64,000 nucleotides of DNA from Candidatus Micrarchaeaceae archaeon (GTDB taxonomy: Archaea; Micrarchaeota; Micrarchaeia; Micrarchaeales; Micrarchaeaceae): NCBI GenBank assembly GCA_027310755.1, contig DAIDAE010000001.1:23103-87102 (forward strand), given 5' to 3'. Numbering within the stretch: the stretch's first letter is position 1; every line of letters begins with the position of its first letter. The notes beneath the pieces were generated by a model. That model was not told the DNA's origin. It saw only the letters and a program-made list of their open reading frames with translations, and made no database searches. Both the position numbers and the translations under genes were made by a program. Below, piece after piece: positions 46,338 through 54,410 of this stretch.

Positions 46338-47348
46338 TTGGACAGGAATGAAAACACTAACGCTCTAGACAACAGGCAAAACCTGAGAATCCTTGCAATC
46401 TTTTTGATTGTCCAGTTCACTGGATTGCTCATCGCCACGCAGGTTTACAACGGGCTGCCGATACAATCCGTAAAGCAGCTTTCATCCCAGGCGCCGCAGT
46501 ACACCCCAATCACCTTCATACTCACCTATGCGGGAATGTTCACGGTATTGACGCTCGTGCTGATATTCCTGATGCGCAGGGGCAGCTCAAGAATACTTCT
46601 CGTATTCGAGGCGCTTGCTGTGCTTGCCGGATCGTTCTTTCTCTCCACCTGGGTCATCGGCCTCCTTCCGTATTATTTCCCGCAGATATCTCTGCTCGGC
46701 AGCGCAGTTTTCCAGCTCGCAGTACCCGCGATTCTTGCAATATCAACCCTCATAGTCAAGTATAAGGTGCCCAGATCAAGGAATCTTGTTACCGTCATCT
46801 CCGTCATAGGGATAGGAATGACAATAGGATTCTTCATAGGATTCATGCTCGGGCTCGCCTTCATGTTCGTCCTTGCAGTCTACGACTATATCGCGGTTTT
46901 TGTCACAAAGCACATGGTGACGATGGGTCAGGAGGCGCTGCGGATGAACCTGGCGCTTATGGTAGTCACCAACGAAGGCGAGGCACTCCCAAAAAGCTCC
47001 CTTACAAAGGAGCAGCTCAAAAACTACAATATGCAGAAACAATTCCTCGACAAAAACTACAGGGGCACCATGCGGCAGCTGAAAAGCAGGAACCTGATAC
47101 CGATATTGATGCCCAGAGGGTTAGGCAACGGTGACATGGCTGTGCCGCTGATGCTCTCTGTCGCCGCATATACTCAGTTCCTCAACTTCACGGTAAGCAT
47201 AGTAATAATAATCGGCGCCGCGCTGGGGCTGGTTCTCACGTTCGCAATACTCAAGAGATATAGGCAGATGCTGCCCGCGATACCCCCGCTGCTCTTCGGC
47301 ATACTTGTCGCGCTCGGTGCATACTTCCTGATCTTTGGATTCGCCTGA
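46338..47348 (+). CDS. Presenilin/signal-peptide-peptidase-like intramembrane aspartyl protease (A22 family)
   Basis: Polytopic. Catalytic motifs LAVYDY (YD) and LGNGDMAVP (GxGD), plus a PAL-like PAIPPLL near the C-terminus. Confidence 0.7.
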   Translation: MDRNENTNALDNRQNLRILAIFLIVQFTGLLIATQVYNGLPIQSVKQLSSQAPQYTPITFILTYAGMFTVLTLVLIFLMRRGSSRILLVFEALAVLAGSFFLSTWVIGLLPYYFPQISLLGSAVFQLAVPAILAISTLIVKYKVPRSRNLVTVISVIGIGMTIGFFIGFMLGLAFMFVLAVYDYIAVFVTKHMVTMGQEALRMNLALMVVTNEGEALPKSSLTKEQLKNYNMQKQFLDKNYRGTMRQLKSRNLIPILMPRGLGNGDMAVPLMLSVAAYTQFLNFTVSIVIIIGAALGLVLTFAILKRYRQMLPAIPPLLFGILVALGAYFLIFGFA

Positions 47349-47402
47349 AATGCGTGCCCATCAGTTAAATTAAAATATGTTCATTCGGATAATATAGATA
47401 TT

Positions 47403-49250
47403 ATGAAAACCTCTATTCTACTTGCGGTGTTGTTTGCAGCCTTTCTGTCAGTGCAGGCGGGAGCCCACACCGTGATAGGCACGGCATCAATCCACGCACC
47501 CGCAGTAATTATATCCAATAATACCGGGAGTCTCACGCTGATACTCCTTACGGTGACTTCTGGCAATGGAAATGTAAATGTGACAGGTCCGCAGATAGTT
47601 GCCGCATCCACCGTACAATCCGCCCAGGTTGCGGCAAAATACGCCGCAACGTACCTGAACCTGAACCCCGACAGCTACAATTTCACATACACAATAACAG
47701 ATGCAGGGGAGAATGTCTCCGGCCCGAGCGGCGGGACGGCGATGGCGCTGCTGGCGATATCCGCATTGTCCGGAAACAGGCTACTGAGCAATTTCACTGT
47801 GACCGGCACCATATCCCCAAATGGCGCGGTGGGCCTGATAGGCGGAGCCTATGATAAGGCCCAGGCAGCGAAACGCGCAGGCATGGAATTCATCCTGGTC
47901 CCGAGCGCCCGCGGCGATCCAGCGGAGCAAGAGCTCTACAGCCTAGTGCAGAGCACGATGGGCATACCGCTCATACAAGTCACCAATGTAAGCCAGGCCG
48001 CCGCATACGCCTTCGGAAAAGCGAGCCCGGTTGGCGCCGGAACAAATTTCTCACTATACGCCAATTACAGCATTGGCAAGATCCAACTTCCGCAATTGAA
48101 CTGCAGCAACGCATGCAACCAGTCGGAGTTCAATAAACTCACCGCATTCACGTTCAATTTCACCAATGCGTCCATAGAGAAACTGGGCAAGACGGGCAAC
48201 TTCAGCAACATCACCTCACAGATGCGGGAATTGCAGGGCGAATACGCCGCACTTTCCGCAAAAGGATACCTATACGCTGCATCGGATCTCTCTTTCCTAA
48301 ACTACATAAATTCATACTACTTCAACAGCTACATGGCAACAGAGAGCTCGGGATTCTCGACCTTGCAGAGCACGAACTTTTACTGCAATTCCATAATACC
48401 TCCTCAGACCACGCTCTCCAACTATGAATATGTTATAGGGGGCGAACTCAGGCAGACCTGGGGCGAATTCACGGCCAACCAGACAATCGCGCAGTATAAT
48501 TCATCGGTGCAAACAACAGATGACGTCCTTCAGGCGATGAAACAGGCGGGCACCGCGAACGCATGGTGCAGGGCGGCGAACGAGATGTACAAGATAGCCG
48601 TGTTGATGAACGGCACCGACGTGATTCCATCGCAAAACCTCAGCAGCATAGCATACGGGAGGATAAACAGGGCATCCGGAGAAGGAAGCAGCATATATCT
48701 CTCTACGGCAAAGGAGGCGTACGCCGTGCAAAACTACCCATTGGCGATAATAGACGCGGACTACGGCTACGCAATACTGAATGCCTCAGCAACAAACATG
48801 AGCACCGCGCAGATCCTCAAAAGCACCGGCAGAATAATAAAAAATGCTACGTATGGGATATGGGCAACCCAATTCTCAGATGAGGCGCTCTTCTATATAC
48901 AGGAAGCGAACATGCAGTCCAGCAACGCGTCTGCCGCAAGGGGATACGCAATAGAGGCATACCAATCAGCGCTCCTCGCATCGCAGCTGAGCACGGACAT
49001 GGCCATCATCCACGGCAGCCTGGTCCCCGGGACCGGTACACAGAAGATAAACCAGGGTGGATCGGTCCAGGTTGGCACCCAACCGCTCTCAGTACCGGTT
49101 AGCATACTGCTTGGCATAACCGTGGTCATGGTGACGCTCAACATAATCCTGTTCATGGTTATAATAGGACTCATGCTCCCGATATTGAGAATGCAAAAAG
49201 GATTGCAGGCAAAAAGGCGCCAGAAGCCGAGGCGCCCGGCAAAAGGATAG
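47403..49250 (+). CDS. Secreted, C-terminally anchored protein with an N-terminal Lon-protease-like (S16) domain
   Basis: Signal MKTSILLAVLFAAFLSVQAGA. GPSGGTAMALLAISALSG...TGTISPNGAVGLIGGAYDKAQAAKRAGMEFILVP matches the Lon/YlbL Ser-Lys dyad region. C-terminal TM plus RRQKPRRPAKG. Confidence 0.7.
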   Translation: MKTSILLAVLFAAFLSVQAGAHTVIGTASIHAPAVIISNNTGSLTLILLTVTSGNGNVNVTGPQIVAASTVQSAQVAAKYAATYLNLNPDSYNFTYTITDAGENVSGPSGGTAMALLAISALSGNRLLSNFTVTGTISPNGAVGLIGGAYDKAQAAKRAGMEFILVPSARGDPAEQELYSLVQSTMGIPLIQVTNVSQAAAYAFGKASPVGAGTNFSLYANYSIGKIQLPQLNCSNACNQSEFNKLTAFTFNFTNASIEKLGKTGNFSNITSQMRELQGEYAALSAKGYLYAASDLSFLNYINSYYFNSYMATESSGFSTLQSTNFYCNSIIPPQTTLSNYEYVIGGELRQTWGEFTANQTIAQYNSSVQTTDDVLQAMKQAGTANAWCRAANEMYKIAVLMNGTDVIPSQNLSSIAYGRINRASGEGSSIYLSTAKEAYAVQNYPLAIIDADYGYAILNASATNMSTAQILKSTGRIIKNATYGIWATQFSDEALFYIQEANMQSSNASAARGYAIEAYQSALLASQLSTDMAIIHGSLVPGTGTQKINQGGSVQVGTQPLSVPVSILLGITVVMVTLNIILFMVIIGLMLPILRMQKGLQAKRRQKPRRPAKG

Positions 49251-49296
49251 GCAAATGATTAAATACTGTTCCGATATAAACTTTTTGATGGTTTAG

Positions 49297-49467
49297 ATGG
49301 TAGACATAGTTCCAGGAAAGACGTGCGTTTCTTGCGGAAGGCTCACTCACCAGTATACGGAGTTCAAGTGCCCTAAGTGCGGCAAGGGCACGATAATAAG
49401 GTGCGAGCACTGCAGGGAAATAACCAATTCTTACAAGTGCACAGTGTGCGAGTTTGAGGGACCATAA
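49297..49467 (+). CDS. Small double Zn-ribbon protein (COG2888-like), conserved partner of EF-1beta
   Basis: 56 aa, not in the ORF track: MVDIVPGKTCVSCGRLTHQYTEFKCPKCGKGTIIRCEHCREITNSYKCTVCEFEGP. Four CxxC pairs. The stop overlaps the EF-1beta ATG (TAATG). Confidence 0.65.
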   Translation: MVDIVPGKTCVSCGRLTHQYTEFKCPKCGKGTIIRCEHCREITNSYKCTVCEFEGP

Positions 49468-49715
49468 TGGCGAATGTAGCCACCCTGTTCAAGGTGTATC
49501 CAAAGGACGACAAGGCGGACTCCGTGGCATCTGAGATAAAGAGCAAGCTCAACCCGAAAGGCATGCAGACGGAGGACATAGGCTTCGGCATAAAGGTCAT
49601 CAAGGTCCTCTTCACATTCGATGATTCGCAGACGAGCTCGTCGAAGATAGAGGAGAGCCTAAAGGCTCTTGCAGGAGTGGGTGAAGTCGAAGTGGAAGAA
49701 GAAAGCCTGGTCTGA
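49467..49715 (+). CDS. ef1b: Elongation factor 1-beta
   Basis: 82 aa. FKVYPKDD, EDIGFGIKVIKV, GVGEVEVEEESLV. Confidence 0.88.
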   Translation: MANVATLFKVYPKDDKADSVASEIKSKLNPKGMQTEDIGFGIKVIKVLFTFDDSQTSSSKIEESLKALAGVGEVEVEEESLV

Positions 49716-49878
49716 CCTCCGCAAATCATGCCCCAATCAATGCCAGATCCCTGCCCGACAACCACCAGTTTCTATATTCTCAATTGAAAATCTTGTGGCA
49801 TTCCAACAAGAACAGCGCAACGCCCCGTCCAACACAGCAATATATTTAAATATGTTATTGTAGTAATATATACTACAG

Positions 49879-50193
49879 ATGAACATGGAGACAAAATCCG
49901 TTGTAATAAAAAAATTGGCATGCCTCAGGTGCGGACATGAATGGTTTCCCAACAAAACTGCGCTCCCGCGAGCATGCCCCTCGTGTCACAGTCCATATTG
50001 GGACAGACAAAGAATGTTAAACGCTAAGCGGATTGCAGTGCATAAGACAGATAGGTACAGAGTTAACATAGCGATATTAAGGAAGAGACTCGGAATGTCA
50101 AAACTTAAATCAAAAATAAAAGTAACCAGGAGTGACGAGAAACACATTTACTCCATAAGAGCTAAAGAACGCGCACGGGCCAGCATCGCATGA
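49879..50193 (+). CDS. Putative antitoxin with an N-terminal Zn ribbon
   Basis: 104 aa. CLRCG...CPSC, then a basic C-terminal half. ATGA overlap with the downstream PIN gene. Confidence 0.55.
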   Translation: MNMETKSVVIKKLACLRCGHEWFPNKTALPRACPSCHSPYWDRQRMLNAKRIAVHKTDRYRVNIAILRKRLGMSKLKSKIKVTRSDEKHIYSIRAKERARASIA

Positions 50194-50510
50194 CCGTATT
50201 GGATACAAGCACAGTGATAGAACGCGTCAAGGGCAGCGAGCCGATATCGGAGAATACTACGGTGATTACCCTAATAGAATACCCCCCGCTTTTTGAGTAC
50301 TCCAAATTTACCGGAGACGTACTTTATCCTGCCCCAGAAGATTTTAGCGAAGCCATAGAGCTGCAACGCAGGCTTAGGAAATTCGGCATGACAAAGGGTG
50401 CCTCCGACCTGATCATCGCAACCATATGCATAAGAAACAAGGAAGAGCTCATTACAAATGATGGCGACTTCAAGGACATAACCAAAATATCTGCTTTGCG
50501 GCTTCAGTGA
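50190..50510 (+). CDS. vapC: PIN-domain (VapC-like) toxin, short form
   Basis: MTVLDTS (first acidic residue), ASDLIIAT, ITNDGDF. 106 aa. Confidence 0.7.
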   Translation: MTVLDTSTVIERVKGSEPISENTTVITLIEYPPLFEYSKFTGDVLYPAPEDFSEAIELQRRLRKFGMTKGASDLIIATICIRNKEELITNDGDFKDITKISALRLQ

Positions 50511-50682
50511 TTCTTTATACGGGTGCGGCCATATTCATGCGGCAACCGCGCCAAAAGAAATCATTATAAAACAAAACCTGTATTAATATTTCATAGCGGG
50601 AAATCCCACATGCTCTAGCAGTGGGAGGATGTCACTATTAATCAGCAGCTACCCACTGATAAGAAATGAAGAAGCCCGCAAA

Positions 50683-50703
50683 CTCCTATCCTTCAGATAG
50701 GAG
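50683..50703 (+). repeat. Left-end subterminal hairpin
   Basis: CTCCTATC-CTTCA-GATAGGAG. Confidence 0.6.
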
Positions 50704-50720
50704 TAAGGGCGTGTAGTAAG

Positions 50721-50730
50721 GTATATAAAA
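50721..50730 (+). promoter_or_regulatory. TATA-like box upstream of tnpB
   Basis: GTATATAAAA abuts ATG 50731 and lies about 25 nt upstream of the second ATG at 50752 (MDCIRAYKFRL), which may be the real, leaderless start. Confidence 0.3.
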
Positions 50731-51981
50731 ATGAAATGCGATATCAAAGGCATGGACTGCATAAGGGCATACAAGTTTAGGCTTGCCCCTGACAAAAAGA
50801 GGCAGGACATTATAGATAACTCGCTTATTCTTTCACGGCAACTCTACAACAAACTCTTGGAAAAAATCATAAATGCAAGAAAGAAAGACCCAAAATCTAA
50901 ATTATCCCAGAATACAATCAATTTGTTTATGCGTGAAATACTGAACGAGGATGAAAGATTCTACGATTTGTATTCCCATGTCCGTGTAGATATAAGAAAC
51001 AGAATGTTGAAGACCTATCAAAATTTCTTCAGGAGATGCAAGGCAAACAAGTCGGGGAAGAAGGGGTTTCCACGTTTCAAAACAAGGGACAAATACAATT
51101 CGATAATGCACATAGAAAATAACGGTTCATTTTCAATAGATAAGGATAGGCTCAGAGTTTCAAAGATAGGAACGATGAAGATAATCCAACATAGGAAGAT
51201 CGAAGGAAAGATAAAGACGATGACGATAAAAAAGGAGGCGGGAAAATACTATGCTATTTTCACTGCAATAAAGGACATCGAGATTCCAAAAGTAAAGGAT
51301 ACCAATCCAGTTGGCATAGATATGGGTTTGAAAAAATTTGCAGTTCTTTCAGATGGAACAAAGATAATTAAACCAAACTTTAGGAAGAACCAAGAAAAAC
51401 ATATTGCAAGATGGCAGAAGATAGTCGCAAGGAGAAAGAAGGGTTCAAGGAGGAGGCAAATCGCAAAGGAGAGGATGAACAGGGAATATGAAATTGCAAA
51501 TAATCAGACAAATGACTATTTGCACAAGGTTACAGGTAAACTAATCAAATCAGGATATACATCATTCGCAGTCGAAAAATTGCAGATTCAGAACATGACA
51601 AAGAATCACACACTTGCAAAGTCAATCAATTATGCTTCATGGAACAGGTTTTTCCAATTGCTTTCATACAAGGCTGAAAGTGCTGGTATGAAAGTGGCAG
51701 AAGTAGATCCAAGAAACACATCAAAGACGTGCAGTAATTGTGGCAATATACAGAGTATGCCACTATCAAAACGAATCTACTTCTGCGAAGGATGTGGAAT
51801 GCAGGAAGACAGGGACATAAACGCGTCAATAAATATACTTGAAAAAGCTACCGTGGGACACACGGGAAGTCACGTTCGGGGAGATAATGTAAGACCTCAA
51901 AGGGAGGCTGTCGTCGAGGAACTGAAAACATACTCTGCAAATGCAGTCCATGTAAGTGCAGAGGAAGCTCCTAACCTTTAG
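50731..51981 (+). CDS. tnpB: TnpB (IS200/IS605 OrfB; RuvC-type RNA-guided nuclease family)
   Basis: AYKFRLAP N-terminus, RuvC-I GIDMG, AVEKL (E), Zn finger CSNCG...CEGCG, RuvC-III DRDINASINI. Confidence 0.88.
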   Translation: MKCDIKGMDCIRAYKFRLAPDKKRQDIIDNSLILSRQLYNKLLEKIINARKKDPKSKLSQNTINLFMREILNEDERFYDLYSHVRVDIRNRMLKTYQNFFRRCKANKSGKKGFPRFKTRDKYNSIMHIENNGSFSIDKDRLRVSKIGTMKIIQHRKIEGKIKTMTIKKEAGKYYAIFTAIKDIEIPKVKDTNPVGIDMGLKKFAVLSDGTKIIKPNFRKNQEKHIARWQKIVARRKKGSRRRQIAKERMNREYEIANNQTNDYLHKVTGKLIKSGYTSFAVEKLQIQNMTKNHTLAKSINYASWNRFFQLLSYKAESAGMKVAEVDPRNTSKTCSNCGNIQSMPLSKRIYFCEGCGMQEDRDINASINILEKATVGHTGSHVRGDNVRPQREAVVEELKTYSANAVHVSAEEAPNL

Positions 51982-51988
51982 TTAGGAG
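51968..51988 (+). repeat. Right-end subterminal hairpin (contains the tnpB stop codon)
   Basis: CTCCTAAC-CTTTA-GTTAGGAG. It differs from the left hairpin by a compensatory T:A to A:T swap in the stem. Confidence 0.6.
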
Positions 51989-52001
51989 AGGATGTCACCC
52001 T

Positions 52002-54299
52002 ATGATAGATTCCCTGGAGATAACGAACTGGAAGACGCACAAGAAGACAACGCTCAGGTTTCAGAAAGGCGTCAACGTGCTTATAGGGATAATGGGCGCC
52101 GGCAAGAGCTCGGTTGTCGATGCGATAACCTTCGGGCTCTTCGGCACGTTCCCAGCGCTGACCAGCAAAAAGATAACCATTTCGGGATTGATAACAAACA
52201 GGCCGAGCCGCGAGACTGACGCCGAGGTCAAGCTCGGATTCATGGTAGACAACGACAATTATACGGTGACCAGGAGGATAGGGGAGGGCGGGAACAGTGC
52301 AAGGCTGGACAGGAACGGCAGCCACGTGCAGACGCAGCCGACCAAGGTCACGGAGGAGATAGAGGGTGCGCTGAAGATAGATTACGACACATTTTCAAGG
52401 GTGGTGTACGCCGAGCAGAACAGGCTGGATTATTTCCTCGATCTTCCAAAAGGGGAGAGGAAGCGCCAGATAGACCACATGCTAGGCCTGGATACCTTTG
52501 CTACGGCAGAGGAGAACACGACAACGCTGATCAACAGCATAAAAAGCACGATAAGTTCCGACGAGTCAAGCATGCAGCAGTTCGACCCCAAGGAGATCAA
52601 GGCGCAGCTGGAAAAATCCATCGGGGACAGGGATGCGGCTCTTGCGGAGAAAGTGAGACTTGCAAAGCAGGAGACCGAACTGAAATCAGGGGTGGAGCTG
52701 ACAAGAAAGGAGTACGAGCTCGTGAAAAAACAGCTCTCGCAGAAAAAGGCGCTATCAGAGGAGGCCACAAAGCTCGAGAGCAGGATAAGCACAATCAGTG
52801 ACGAGATAAAGAAGATAGAGTCAATGAAGATCGATGCGGAAAAAGCCAGCGACAATCTGAAAAAGCAGGAGGCGCTGGAAAAACAGGCGCTCAAGCGCAT
52901 AGAGGAGTTCAGGAAGAAGGAGAGGGAGGTGAACAAGAAATTATCCGACGCAGAATCAGACCTCGAATCAAACCTGAAGAGGGAGAAGGAGCGTGACAGG
53001 CTGGCAAGGGAGATAAGGGACAAGGATGAATCGGGGACAAAGAAGGAGCTGGACAGGGCGCAAGCCGAACTGCAGATCCTGACAAGGGAGATCGGGCTGA
53101 AAAAGGGCAAGAGCTCGGAGCTTGAGAGCCAGCTCAGGGAGCTTGAGAAGCACATAAGCAAGTGCCCGATCTGCGACCGGGAGCTCGATGAGGATACAAA
53201 GAACAGATTGGTCGGGGGGAAGAGGTCGATGACCGAGGCGCTTGCAAAGGAGATAAAGAGGTCTGAGCAGGAGGCATCCGAAATGGCAAGCGCGATAAAG
53301 AAGATGACGGAGGAGCACAACGCGCTTGTTTTGGCAAGCAAAAAGCTTTCAGAATTCAAGGATCTTGACGGGCTGCTGGAATTGGGCAGGAAGGCGTGCG
53401 CGGAGCTGAAGGGGCAGGCCGACGCGCTGCAAAAGGATTCTGAAAACATTAGCAAGGATTACAATTCGTTGAAAGACGCGCTCGCCAAGGCCCGTGCGGA
53501 CGTCCAAACGGCTGAGAGGAAGAAAAGCTACGAAGCCGAGGTGAAAGAGGCATCCGAGAGGCTCGCCCTGAAGAGGAAAGAGATAGACGGGATTAAGGCG
53601 GATGAGAAATCGCTCTACAGCATGCAGGAAAGGCTTACCGGGCAGAGCTCGCTGCTCTCCGAAGTCTCATCTAGGCTGGAAAGCGGGCAAAAATACATTG
53701 CCAGCCTGGAGTCCCAGATAAGGGAGAAGGAGAAACAGGCTGCCGAATACATGAAAATAGAGAAGGGAATAGAAAGGAAAAGGGCGCAGATAAACAATCT
53801 CAACAAGTTCAAGCTAGCGTTGCTGGACACCGAGGCGTTCCTCAGGAACCGCCTTGTCTCTTCGATAAACGGGACCATGCAGGAGCTGTGGCCAAAGCTT
53901 TATCCATACGGCGATTACCAGGGCATAAGGCTCAATGCGAAGAAGGACGACTATCTTCTGGAGGTCGACACCGGCTCCGGAGAGGAGCCCTGGATAACAG
54001 TGGACGGTATCGCGAGCGGGGGCGAAAGGAGCATAGGGTGCCTTGCGATGAGGATAGCGCTGGCCATGGTGGTGGTGCCAAACCTGAAATGGCTCATACT
54101 TGACGAACCGACCCACAACCTCGACAGTACAGGCATATCCAAGCTTATCGAGATACTAGGCGATAGCCTCCCTGGCGTTGTGGAGCAGATATTCATAATA
54201 ACCCACGACGACAACCTCAAGCAGATAGCCTCTGCCAGGGTTTACCAGTTCGAGCGCGACAAGGGCGTGAACGCCCCTACCTCCGTGTCGGTTGTATGA
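52002..54299 (+). CDS. rad50: Rad50 DNA double-strand-break repair ATPase
   Basis: N-terminus MIDSLEITNWKTH, Walker A GIMGAGKSS, long coiled coil with Zn hook CPICD, signature SGGERS, Walker B LILDEPTHNLD. 765 aa. Confidence 0.9.
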   Translation: MIDSLEITNWKTHKKTTLRFQKGVNVLIGIMGAGKSSVVDAITFGLFGTFPALTSKKITISGLITNRPSRETDAEVKLGFMVDNDNYTVTRRIGEGGNSARLDRNGSHVQTQPTKVTEEIEGALKIDYDTFSRVVYAEQNRLDYFLDLPKGERKRQIDHMLGLDTFATAEENTTTLINSIKSTISSDESSMQQFDPKEIKAQLEKSIGDRDAALAEKVRLAKQETELKSGVELTRKEYELVKKQLSQKKALSEEATKLESRISTISDEIKKIESMKIDAEKASDNLKKQEALEKQALKRIEEFRKKEREVNKKLSDAESDLESNLKREKERDRLAREIRDKDESGTKKELDRAQAELQILTREIGLKKGKSSELESQLRELEKHISKCPICDRELDEDTKNRLVGGKRSMTEALAKEIKRSEQEASEMASAIKKMTEEHNALVLASKKLSEFKDLDGLLELGRKACAELKGQADALQKDSENISKDYNSLKDALAKARADVQTAERKKSYEAEVKEASERLALKRKEIDGIKADEKSLYSMQERLTGQSSLLSEVSSRLESGQKYIASLESQIREKEKQAAEYMKIEKGIERKRAQINNLNKFKLALLDTEAFLRNRLVSSINGTMQELWPKLYPYGDYQGIRLNAKKDDYLLEVDTGSGEEPWITVDGIASGGERSIGCLAMRIALAMVVVPNLKWLILDEPTHNLDSTGISKLIEILGDSLPGVVEQIFIITHDDNLKQIASARVYQFERDKGVNAPTSVSVV

Positions 54300-54410
54300 C
54301 GCTGCACCTCCTAAATACCATCATACTTCTTACTGCTTGCCTCAAAAGGGATTTATTAATAACTAGCCATGCATTATCTGCTAGCTTGGGCTGCTTAATT
54401 AGTGAAATAG

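Larger units (their letters stand above)
50636..51998 (+). mobile_element. tnpB-only IS200/IS605-family (IS1341-like) element, boundaries inferred
   Basis: There is no tnpA. Near-identical 8-bp-stem hairpins lie near both ends. The 10-mer AGGATGTCAC sits immediately left of the proposed left end (50626..50635) and forms the proposed right end (51989..51998). Confidence 0.45.

Noticed and set aside
52430-53455. 341-aa Ser/Phe/Leu-rich ORF antisense to rad50
   Set aside because: It lies entirely inside the Rad50 coiled-coil region. The sense strand there is rich in GAR/AAR codons (Glu/Lys), so the complement stays open and reads as TTC/CTT/TCN. The protein is low complexity with no motifs, so this is an antisense frame artefact.
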